Sequence record: OP617745.1
Direction: 5' to 3' (one strand)
Length of the DNA stretch: 64,000 bases
Below are positions 10,245 through 18,191 of the stretch, in pieces. Position 1 is the stretch's first letter. Every line of letters begins with the position of its first letter. The translations under genes and the position numbers were made by a program. Below the pieces are notes generated by a model, which worked only from the letters and a program-made list of their open reading frames with translations, did not search any database and was not told where the DNA came from.

Positions 10245-10709
10245 ATGAGCAACTATTCAGAATATAAGAAAAAAGAAATTGAATTGAAAGAAATGGTGAA
10301 AACCGTTGGCAAAGAACTCATCCAAGAAATGTACGAACAGTTTTTTGAAAAGTACCCAGAAGTTAAATTTGTTAGTACCGTCGGTTATATCCCAGGGTTT
10401 AACGATGGTGATGCTTGTGAATTCACATCTGATACTGAATTTAGTGGAGATTATGTTGAAAATCTTAGCGAAGAAAGTTTAGAAGATATGGTCATTGCAT
10501 TTGGTGGTGAACCAGGTGAAGATGATTTGTTTGATCTTGATACTGCGGAAAATCCAAACTGGAATTATCAACAATACAACGCAGCCGGGAAAGATGTGGA
10601 CGTCGACCTGCTGGAAAAAGTATATGGTTATGATTGGATTGTTGTTGCTTATAAAGGTATTGATGGAACAGTTTCAATTGTTCAAGAGGATTATGATTGT
10701 GGATATTAA
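10245..10709 (+). CDS. Conserved hypothetical acidic protein, paralog A (ends EDYDCGY)
   Basis: 154 aa, GAGG SD; motif PGFNDGDAC. Confidence 0.75.
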   Translation: MSNYSEYKKKEIELKEMVKTVGKELIQEMYEQFFEKYPEVKFVSTVGYIPGFNDGDACEFTSDTEFSGDYVENLSEESLEDMVIAFGGEPGEDDLFDLDTAENPNWNYQQYNAAGKDVDVDLLEKVYGYDWIVVAYKGIDGTVSIVQEDYDCGY

Positions 10710-11163
10710 TGCTATCGTTGAAAACATGAATGCAGAAATTGAAGAAGTACGTCAAAAATATGTAACTATATTTAATGATGATTTCAATATCGTATTACAA
10801 GCTATTAAAGACAAATATCCCGCACTCGAAGTTGTTTACATTCGTGCATGGACACCTCATTGGAATGACGGAGAAGAATGTAAACACAACATGTCTGTAC
10901 ACGTAGATAACAATGGTAAGTATACTGATATCGAAGAGTTTTTTGAATGTACTGAACGTAATTTTGATTGGGATGAAGCACCTGATTGTATTAAGAATGT
11001 CAACAAAGGCATAAGTACTAAAATGTCGAAAGAGATTGTTGGTTTATTCGAAGCTTATCAGGATTCATTTGAAAGTATTCTAGGCACGAACTGGAAAATG
11101 ACAATTGACTTTACACAAGAACGACCCATTATGGTTAAAGAAGATTATGAGTGTGGATATTAA
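10693..11163 (+). CDS. Conserved hypothetical acidic protein, paralog B (ends EDYECGY)
   Basis: Start moved to ATG 10693, behind AAGAGGA; motif PHWNDGEEC homologous to paralog A. Confidence 0.75.
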   Translation: MIVDINAIVENMNAEIEEVRQKYVTIFNDDFNIVLQAIKDKYPALEVVYIRAWTPHWNDGEECKHNMSVHVDNNGKYTDIEEFFECTERNFDWDEAPDCIKNVNKGISTKMSKEIVGLFEAYQDSFESILGTNWKMTIDFTQERPIMVKEDYECGY

Positions 11164-11710
11164 TATCCTTAATCCAGTAGGTAGCATTAGTACTGATCTA
11201 TTTCAGTTTAATGCTCCTACTGGAGTATTACCTGATTTAGTACTTAAATATGAAAATCCAAATAAGGTTCTTGATTTAGCTCATCCAGATTTAGTACCTT
11301 TGATTGAACGTATGCTCAAAGAAATTAAGAAATTTGATTCGAGAGATTGTGTTATTGATTATAAAGTACGTTCATTGAAAACTGGTGATCCTGGTAGTAC
11401 TATTCCAGGATTTCATATTGATTGTTGTAATGATATTCATGATGATTTTGAACCAGAGACTCATTTGATTTATAGTACAGTACAAGGTACAGCATTTGCT
11501 GTTAATCCAATCGATGTATCTCGTTATAATTCAGTTCATGAAGTACTTAAAAATGAATCTATAACCGAAGTCATTGGTAGTACTGAATCAGTTCATAGAT
11601 TTACATCTAAGGTATTACACCGATGCCCAATAATCGAACACGATTGTCAACGAATTTTAATTCGTGTAACATCTGGATTTAAAGATAGATTAAAGAGAAA
11701 CAGAAAATGA
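11147..11710 (+). CDS. Putative 2OG-Fe(II) dioxygenase (DSBH fold)
   Basis: IPGFHID (HxD) ... VLHRCP (distal His) ... RILIRV (Arg for 2OG). Start likely ATG 11147. Confidence 0.6.
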   Translation: MSVDINILNPVGSISTDLFQFNAPTGVLPDLVLKYENPNKVLDLAHPDLVPLIERMLKEIKKFDSRDCVIDYKVRSLKTGDPGSTIPGFHIDCCNDIHDDFEPETHLIYSTVQGTAFAVNPIDVSRYNSVHEVLKNESITEVIGSTESVHRFTSKVLHRCPIIEHDCQRILIRVTSGFKDRLKRNRK

Positions 11711-12114
11711 ATAAATCAATTAAAGATGCTCTCAATATTCTGGAACGAGAGTATTATAAAATCAAAGGTTCAATCAACCAATACAAAGTTCGAGAAGAAA
11801 TTCTCAATAGAGTAGAGGAAATGAAAAACCGTTCCATTGAAAAACAAAATATCCAAAATAATACAACAAAAGAAACAGTATTGAATGCTTTTGTTAAAAT
11901 TATAGAGGATACTGGATATTCAGAAACAGATTATGAAATCACAGAAAACATGACTGTACTGAATATTAAAGAAAAATTCAATCTGGATACATGGGACTGG
12001 TTTGATATTATGGTTGAAGTATCAGAACTTTTCGATGTACACTTAGATGATGAATTGTATCTGGATGATGTAGTACTGAAAGATGTTATTGAAGAAATTT
12101 TGAAAGATATTTAA
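11707..12114 (+). CDS. Protein with a C-terminal acyl-carrier-protein-like domain
   Basis: Acidic helical C-terminus FNLDTWDWFDIMVEVSELFDVHLDDE resembles the ACP consensus LG.DSLD.VE.....E..F.I.I.DE. Confidence 0.55.
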   Translation: MNKSIKDALNILEREYYKIKGSINQYKVREEILNRVEEMKNRSIEKQNIQNNTTKETVLNAFVKIIEDTGYSETDYEITENMTVLNIKEKFNLDTWDWFDIMVEVSELFDVHLDDELYLDDVVLKDVIEEILKDI

Positions 12115-12152
12115 AAATAGACCCTAAATATTCATATATCTTTGAAGGAGAT

Positions 12153-12530
12153 GTGAATATGATGTTAGAGTTTATAATCAAGGTTGTATCCGACAATTAT
12201 AAACCCATCCTGATTGTATTGGCGATGGGTTTTTGTGTTTTCGGAGGATGGAAAGCAAATACTTATTACACCGGTTATCAATTAAGTATTTCCCAAAAAA
12301 TTGAGAAAAAAGTAGATGATGCTATTGATAAGCTACAACAAGAAAGTGCAAAAAATTTAGTTGAAACACAGAAGACAATTAAAGAGAATGCAACTAAAAT
12401 TGTGGAAACCAAAGTACCAGTTATTATAGAGAAAAAAGTATACCAAAATGTCTGTTTAGATGAAGATGGTCTTCAGGTACTAAAAGAATTAAAACTTAAT
12501 TCAACTGAAGGAAGGAGAAAACTACAATGA
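12153..12530 (+). CDS. i-spanin (Rz-like)
   Basis: N-terminal TM segment, coiled-coil periplasmic region, C-terminal CLDEDG; overlaps a lipoprotein gene. Confidence 0.7.
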   Translation: MNMMLEFIIKVVSDNYKPILIVLAMGFCVFGGWKANTYYTGYQLSISQKIEKKVDDAIDKLQQESAKNLVETQKTIKENATKIVETKVPVIIEKKVYQNVCLDEDGLQVLKELKLNSTEGRRKLQ

Positions 12531-12844
12531 AATTTAAATTAAAATATGTTGTACTACTGTTGGTATTATCTTTAATTGGATGCAATAGTACTGCTCCAGT
12601 TGAGATGAAACAACAAGTACAACAGGAAGTACTATTGGAACGCTGTTCAGAAGACACTCCATTACCAACACAAAAAACTGTTGACAAAGACGGAAATGTT
12701 GGATATGATGGTAAAGAAGTCTTTAAGGTATTACGTGAATGGGATGCAATTTATTTTGATTGTGCGAGCCGTTTAGATGCACTCATTACGTATCTACAAA
12801 AAACCCAAGATCCTAATTTTAAGGTAACTATAAAGGATAAGTAA
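12527..12844 (+). CDS. o-spanin (Rz1-like lipoprotein)
   Basis: Signal peptide with lipobox LIGC; ATGA overlap with the i-spanin. Confidence 0.7.
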   Translation: MKFKLKYVVLLLVLSLIGCNSTAPVEMKQQVQQEVLLERCSEDTPLPTQKTVDKDGNVGYDGKEVFKVLREWDAIYFDCASRLDALITYLQKTQDPNFKVTIKDK

Positions 12845-13428
12845 TGAATAAGTACAAAGTACTAAAAGTATTACCTTTATCATTTCTAAATTCGTTAGAT
12901 CATAATGATATCAAATCAAAAATAGGACATTGTGGTGATTCAAATTTTTTATACTATCCACAAAAAGTAAAAACATTTTCCAAGAATAACAAATGTGTAG
13001 CATGTGGAATCGAAGCCACTGAAGTACGAATTGAATACATGCAAGAGTGTTCTCATGCAATCTATAGCAAACCACACATCAATGTATATGCGGTGCTTGG
13101 TAATTATTCAGTACTAATGACAGTTGATCACGATATACTTGCATCCGAAGTCGGAAATGATTTAGACAATAATTTTAGTACCATGTGTTCCAAATGTAAT
13201 AACAAAAGAGGATCAAAGTATAAGACACTCAAATCATTCCTCAAATCAATTGAGGGGCGAGATCTCTTAAAGGAATACATGTCTGTACCTAAAAAGACAA
13301 AAACCAGTCAGAACGCGGCTGAGCAGCGTTTACACGATGAATTTTGGAAATTAGGACATAACTGGCATTACAGAGAATATCTTCGTTATCTGAAGGCCAA
13401 AAATAAAGCTAAAAAGAAAGGGGCATAA
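12844..13428 (+). CDS. HNH endonuclease
   Basis: CVACG ... LMTVDHDI ... NFSTMCSKCNNKRG (zinc-binding HNH). Confidence 0.7.
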   Translation: MNKYKVLKVLPLSFLNSLDHNDIKSKIGHCGDSNFLYYPQKVKTFSKNNKCVACGIEATEVRIEYMQECSHAIYSKPHINVYAVLGNYSVLMTVDHDILASEVGNDLDNNFSTMCSKCNNKRGSKYKTLKSFLKSIEGRDLLKEYMSVPKKTKTSQNAAEQRLHDEFWKLGHNWHYREYLRYLKAKNKAKKKGA

Positions 13429-13439
13429 GTTGCCCCTTT
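13417..13439 (+). terminator. Intrinsic terminator
   Basis: AAAGGGGCA-TAAGT-TGCCCCTTT, overlapping the HNH stop codon. Confidence 0.7.
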
Positions 13440-13502
13440 ACTTTTATCCAAATTTTGTTTATAATATAAAAATCAAAATTTAATAAAAATGAGAAAAGAG
13501 TA

Positions 13503-13898
13503 ATGCTCAAAGAGTTTGATTACAGTACTTTAGAAGTTATTTCAGCAGTTAAAAATATCAACAATTTAGATGATGAAAAAACAGTACTGATCACGATCAC
13601 ATTTGTAAACAAAGAAGATTCATATAAACATTTATCTGGCATAGAAGAAATGTTGCATAAACTTCATTTAGAAGAAAATCGGAAATATATTAAACTACAA
13701 TGTAGTTATACCCAAAATTTGAACAATTTTTTAATTATAAATAAAACAATTAAGATTAGTTTCAATGATCCTAAACAAAAATACCGTACTAAATCGTTCA
13801 ACGAAGATCAGGTTAGTAATGAATTACTAATGGATATTGAATTTATCAATGATTTCTTCGATTCATGTGATAATGAATTAAAAAAGGTATACGTGTAA
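13503..13898 (+). CDS. Hypothetical protein
   Basis: 131-aa ORF with phage-like codon usage. Confidence 0.65.
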   Translation: MLKEFDYSTLEVISAVKNINNLDDEKTVLITITFVNKEDSYKHLSGIEEMLHKLHLEENRKYIKLQCSYTQNLNNFLIINKTIKISFNDPKQKYRTKSFNEDQVSNELLMDIEFINDFFDSCDNELKKVYV

Positions 13899-13906
13899 AA
13901 ATATTT

Positions 13907-13936
13907 TTGAACAATTTTAGTACTATGTAATATAAT
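13907..13936 (+). promoter_or_regulatory. sigma70-type promoter upstream of the non-coding region
   Basis: TTGAAC-N18-TATAAT. Confidence 0.6.
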
Positions 13937-13949
13937 GTAAATAATATCA

Positions 13950-14451
13950 ATTCGAGGACTGAATTCTGCTGAATATCTATATGTATATGGATATACAAAT
14001 AAACTTGAACCTATCGAAAACGTAGAGAGGCATTTGAGTGGTTCAGCAGCACGCCTTGCAGGTAGTACCGGTGATAAAATCCTAAGTGTGAGCTTACAAA
14101 GCACAGCCATAATTCCAAAGAGTGCACAGGAGTCATCGCAACACGGCAAGTAAAAGAGAGCTATAGACATATGCTTTCCATCACTATAATCCTCTGGTGA
14201 TGATAGATTGAACCTACGGAAAGTATTTTCCATAATTGTTAAGGGAGAATACACCAAAATTTTTTCAGGAGAGTTGCGTCTAAATTTTGTTGTATTCAAG
14301 TACCGAGATTGGTCAAATAGTCTCAGTATTAAGTGTGTGATATGATACCTACTAAACCACATGACCTCTGCATAAGACTGAGATAGGGAGAAACCGGGCA
14401 GACCGCTTCCGTTCTTTATAAAAAAGAAATTCTCAATTTGACAGTTTCGAA
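13950..14451 (+). ncRNA. Candidate large structured non-coding RNA (~500 nt), family unknown
   Basis: No credible + strand ORF and higher GC than the flanks. 5' and 3' ends pair (TTCGAGGACTG / CAGTTTCGAA), with many internal helices and a loop-to-distal pairing (see findings). Confidence 0.6.
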
Positions 14452-14459
14452 GACTACCA

Positions 14460-14689
14460 TCTTCAAGAAATAAAAAAAAACGTTTTTAAGAACGCGTTCC
14501 GTTGCGTTATTTTTTTCTTCCCTCCCTGTGGGGGGGGGATATAAAGTTTCTCTTCCAAACCTCTTCAAGAAATAAAAAAGAAAAACAACAATTACCGATT
14601 AAAATCAAACAACACAGAACGAAACGAAGTGAAGTGAATGAGTTGTTTGATTTTATGAGAGATGTGTTGAACGAAGTGAAATACATCTC
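14460..14689. repeat. Direct-repeat and hairpin block (origin-like)
   Basis: 18-bp direct repeat TCTTCAAGAAATAAAAAA at 14460 and 14562; G9 tract at 14530-14538; two hairpins (14600-14655, 14659-14689) whose loops both carry AACGAAGTGA. Confidence 0.7.
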
Positions 14690-14924
14690 GACATGGATAA
14701 ACAATATATACTTAATTAACAAAAACAAATCAAGTACTGAATAAATTACAAAGGAATTACATCCAATGAATGCTAAAAAAGAACCAGATATAATTAAGTA
14801 CTGAAATTAGTTAATTAGTTCTCTTTTTAAACAACCGACTTTAAATTAATCAAATAAATTCATTTAATAAAAAGAAATAAATATTTCTATAAATCCCATA
14901 CCAAAGGGCTTATAGGAGAAATTA

Positions 14925-15374
14925 ATGCAAGAACCACAAGACATAAACCAGTTACGCAATTTAATGGATTTCATAGTACAATCAGAAGAAGACGAGTCCT
15001 ATGATCAATTACTGCTTACATTTATTGAAAATAGTTTATTCCTTGAATCAGCAGCACACAACTGGCATTTACAAAGCAAACACTACACAAAGCACTTACA
15101 ATTAGATGAGTTATACAAAGAACTACCGGAGTTCATTGATGCATTTATTGAAGGAATTATGGAATCAAGAGGACCATTGGTAATTGGTACTGGAAATAGC
15201 TACCAATTCACTGAAATAAGTACTTGTATTCCTACGTTAGAAGAGTATCTAAATCAATGCGAAGCAATTCACCAGATGCTTGAATCTAATGAGGACTATG
15301 GAAGTACTAACACGCTTGAAGACATAATGAGTTTTATTGATGGTGTTCTTTATAAATTAAAACATTTACAATAA
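14925..15374 (+). CDS. Ferritin-like / Dps-like protein
   Basis: AHNWHLQSKHYTKHLQLDELYKELPEFIDAFIE resembles the Dps ferroxidase helices; AGGAG SD. Confidence 0.65.
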   Translation: MQEPQDINQLRNLMDFIVQSEEDESYDQLLLTFIENSLFLESAAHNWHLQSKHYTKHLQLDELYKELPEFIDAFIEGIMESRGPLVIGTGNSYQFTEISTCIPTLEEYLNQCEAIHQMLESNEDYGSTNTLEDIMSFIDGVLYKLKHLQ

Positions 15375-15379
15375 TAAAT

Positions 15380-15408
15380 GGAGAGTCAATTGACTCTCCT
15401 TTCTTTTT
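15380..15408 (+). terminator. Intrinsic terminator
   Basis: GGAGAGTCA-AT-TGACTCTCC plus T-run. Confidence 0.7.
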
Positions 15409-15420
15409 GGATAAAATAAT

Positions 15421-15810
15421 ATGAAAATACGAATTCATGAACACACGACTTATAATTATTGTGAAGATTGCGGTCTAGAATCTTCGTTGATATATTCTGT
15501 ATCTGGTGATGGAATCTCATTTAAACAGGGAGATCATGCATATTGTTATGGAACTGAATCTGGTGATATAGAAAATGTTCTAAAAGAGCTATTTTTACGC
15601 TTGCAATCTAAAGGGATTGATGCTAGACTGCCGGAGATGATAGATGATGACATTGATTCAGTACTAAATTATGAATCTTTTATCCACTCGGGTTATGTTC
15701 ATTATCTAAACACATTAGGTGTGAATGTGAAACTAACATATAGTACTGAAGACTATCCAGATATGGATGGTTGTGATTATATTGATATTGAGGATGATTA
15801 TGAAAGCTAA
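15421..15810 (+). CDS. Hypothetical protein (N-terminal CxxC)
   Basis: 129-aa ORF. Confidence 0.65.
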   Translation: MKIRIHEHTTYNYCEDCGLESSLIYSVSGDGISFKQGDHAYCYGTESGDIENVLKELFLRLQSKGIDARLPEMIDDDIDSVLNYESFIHSGYVHYLNTLGVNVKLTYSTEDYPDMDGCDYIDIEDDYES

Positions 15811-16342
15811 AGAACTTGCAGAATTGCTAATGAAAAATCCAGAACAAGAAGTATATCTGGAAGAAACAAATTTTTATGATTGGGATTGTTCTGTATATTA
15901 CACGCCAGCTGTGGTTGTTGGTGTGGGGGATACACCCAGTGGCTATTTTATCAAACACACACCAGTTAACAGAGACGTACATTTAAAAATTCCAAGCGAA
16001 ACACCAGTCATTGGTTCTCTTCTTATCGAAATGAATATTTTTGGTGAATATTTTCCCGGTGATGAAGCAAACCACGTTCAAACATTTATTGAAGAAATGG
16101 TCAATTACAATCGAGTTCATTCTTATAGTCCAATTTATGATGATTCATTTAGTTTTGTGAACGAATCTGGTAGTTCATATGATAACACGTCTGGGTATAT
16201 TTTAACTCCAGATGATGTTATCTTTAAAGTACTAACAAGTTATGATCCAAACACATGGGAAACTTTTTATACTGAAATGACCTATCAAGAAGTTTTTGAT
16301 TATGCACACAAAAACTTTGAAATTACGAAATATGAGGAATAA
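15800..16342 (+). CDS. Hypothetical protein
   Basis: Start placed at ATG 15800, behind GAGGA. Confidence 0.65.
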   Translation: MKAKELAELLMKNPEQEVYLEETNFYDWDCSVYYTPAVVVGVGDTPSGYFIKHTPVNRDVHLKIPSETPVIGSLLIEMNIFGEYFPGDEANHVQTFIEEMVNYNRVHSYSPIYDDSFSFVNESGSSYDNTSGYILTPDDVIFKVLTSYDPNTWETFYTEMTYQEVFDYAHKNFEITKYEE

Positions 16343-16343
16343 A

Positions 16344-16835
16344 ATGTATACTGTTATTTTTGTATCACAACCGTATAACAATGAAGATGATTATTCAAAA
16401 AGCACTGATGGTTCTATGACAATCAAGAATTCAAATTCTAAATTGGAAACAAATAAGATTATCCATGAATTGATTAATGATTATTATCATAAAGATAATA
16501 AAAACACAGCATTAAATCGTTTAGATTATGGTGATTTCGGGCTGGTCGTATTGCTTGATGGTTGTGTACTACAAGAATTTAACATGAATGATATTGATTA
16601 CAGTGATTTAACATCACCAATTAAAAGTACTGATTATTTTGACATTAAATCAATTGATAATAAAGTTTCCAAGAACATTAGTAATATCAACAAATTTGCT
16701 CATGATTTCAAACTTGAAGAATCTAATACTTTCAGAAAGTTGAAAACTATATATCAGGAGATTGAAATGGAGAAACATGAACGTAGACAACTTAGTATTT
16801 TATTAGAAAAATATCCAGATATGGGTGGTAGATAA
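16344..16835 (+). CDS. Hypothetical protein
   Basis: Start placed at ATG 16344, behind GAGGA. Confidence 0.65.
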   Translation: MYTVIFVSQPYNNEDDYSKSTDGSMTIKNSNSKLETNKIIHELINDYYHKDNKNTALNRLDYGDFGLVVLLDGCVLQEFNMNDIDYSDLTSPIKSTDYFDIKSIDNKVSKNISNINKFAHDFKLEESNTFRKLKTIYQEIEMEKHERRQLSILLEKYPDMGGR

Positions 16836-17161
16836 TGGCATTGCGTTCAATAAAGAAATATAGTGCAACAACAAAAATAATCAAAAAAGATGGTTATGAT
16901 TTAGTACTGAAACCTGAATATCAATATATTAAAAATGCTATCTTTGAAATGCCATATGGTGCTAAAAGAAGAAAAATTATTCTTGATATGTTAAGAGAAG
17001 GTGTTGAATTTAAAGTTAATGGTATGCATGATATCCAAACCAAAAATGATCCAGATATTAAACGATTGTTGAAGTGCAAGAAAATAGAGATGTTTAATGT
17101 GAGAAGTGGTTCATGGTCAGATCGTAGTAAACATACATACTTGAGGATTAAAAATGGATGA
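16835..17161 (+). CDS. Hypothetical basic protein
   Basis: 108 aa; TAATG coupling. Confidence 0.65.
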   Translation: MALRSIKKYSATTKIIKKDGYDLVLKPEYQYIKNAIFEMPYGAKRRKIILDMLREGVEFKVNGMHDIQTKNDPDIKRLLKCKKIEMFNVRSGSWSDRSKHTYLRIKNG

Positions 17162-17324
17162 AAATGATTTAGAAATTTTATTAGCAAATAATCTAAGTAT
17201 AGAAATTGATACAGTAGATGATGATTACTACAACATGGATGGTGATATTGTTCGAAGAAAACATATTACTGTTAGTATTTTATACAAAGGAAAGGTAATA
17301 AGCACAGATATTAGTACTGTATAA
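17154..17324 (+). CDS. Small hypothetical protein (56 aa, below the ORF-track cutoff)
   Basis: GAGGA SD; MDENDLEILL...DISTV*; fills the gap between neighbours exactly. Confidence 0.6.
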   Translation: MDENDLEILLANNLSIEIDTVDDDYYNMDGDIVRRKHITVSILYKGKVISTDISTV

Positions 17325-17335
17325 GGAAATACAAA

Positions 17336-17911
17336 ATGAGTTTGATTTATACTTTCGCGGTGATGGCCGCAGGGAAAAGTACACAATTATTACAAAATGC
17401 ATATAATCATAGTAAAAATGGATTAAAAGTACTGTACTATACAAGTTCATTAGATAATAGATATGGTGTAGGCAAAATAACATCAAGAATTGGTATTAAT
17501 GCAAATGCTGAGGTGATTCCCAAAGATGATCTTTCAGTACTACAAAATATCATTGAATTACTGAAGAAAGACGATTACGTTGCTATTTTTGTTGATGAGT
17601 GTCAATTTTTGAATTCAAAACAGGTTGACTTTTTGAGTGATATCGTTGATAATTACGAAATAGACATTTATTGCTACGGGATTAAAACTGACTTTGAAGG
17701 TAAGTTGTTTGAAGGTAGCAAACGATTAATAGAAATTGCCGATTCAGTTAAAGAACTGGAAAATTTATGTGAAAATCATAAATGTAAAAACTTAGCTATT
17801 ATGAATGCTCGTATAGTCGATAGTACTGAACAAGTGCTGATCGGCGGTTCTGAAGCATACAAAAGTTTATGTAGAAAGTGTTATAAAAATCATATTTCTA
17901 AAAGAGGTTAA
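17336..17911 (+). CDS. tdk: Thymidine kinase
   Basis: AVMAAGKSTQLLQ P-loop, IFVDECQFL, CYGIKTDF, C-terminal zinc site and IGGSEAYKSLCRKC. Confidence 0.93.
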   Translation: MSLIYTFAVMAAGKSTQLLQNAYNHSKNGLKVLYYTSSLDNRYGVGKITSRIGINANAEVIPKDDLSVLQNIIELLKKDDYVAIFVDECQFLNSKQVDFLSDIVDNYEIDIYCYGIKTDFEGKLFEGSKRLIEIADSVKELENLCENHKCKNLAIMNARIVDSTEQVLIGGSEAYKSLCRKCYKNHISKRG

Positions 17912-17915
17912 TGCA

Positions 17916-18143
17916 ATGAAAATCATTAAAAATATTTTCACTCGCGTTGGGGAAGGTATTGTTGAATCTTTTTCTTTTATGTTTGGCACAGCCTGTAATT
18001 TAATTGCAGTACTGTGGTTTTCTTTGGCTTTACATTTTGTTCCAGTGTGGTTTATTGCTACAGTTATAATTGTAATTCTGTTAGTGGTAATTTATTTTAC
18101 ATATAAAGATGAACTCGATTCAATTAAAGAATCCGATGATTAA
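17916..18143 (+). CDS. Small membrane protein
   Basis: Two hydrophobic segments. Confidence 0.6.
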   Translation: MKIIKNIFTRVGEGIVESFSFMFGTACNLIAVLWFSLALHFVPVWFIATVIIVILLVVIYFTYKDELDSIKESDD

Positions 18144-18148
18144 TAACA

Positions 18149-18180
18149 AAAACTTCTCCTTTTGGGGAAGTTTTATTTTT
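18149..18180 (+). terminator. Intrinsic terminator
   Basis: AAAACTTCTCC-TTT-GGGGAAGTTTT plus T-run. Confidence 0.7.
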
Positions 18181-18191
18181 AAGGTACTAAT

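Noticed and set aside
10495-10692. N-terminal extension of the 10495..11163 ORF, and similar upstream starts at 11105, 23308, 29552, 37128, 41187 and 51784
   Set aside because: These extensions overlap upstream genes or leaders; downstream ATGs have proper SD sequences and match the expected protein N-termini.
13808-14362. 184-aa minus-strand ORF across the non-coding region
   Set aside because: No SD, atypical amino-acid composition, overlaps the 13503 gene, opposes the local + strand transcription, and the + strand has a promoter and extensive RNA structure.
13950-14451. tmRNA, RNase P RNA, tRNA or group I intron identity for the structured RNA
   Set aside because: No GGGGCUG...CCA tRNA-like ends, no GAGGAAAGUCC RNase P core, no cloverleaf, and no recognisable P7 (R/S) intron elements or interrupted host gene.
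14502-14744. 80-aa (+) and 73-aa (-) ORFs over the repeat/hairpin block
   Set aside because: Low-complexity products derived from A/T runs and inverted repeats; no SD; TTG or unsupported starts.
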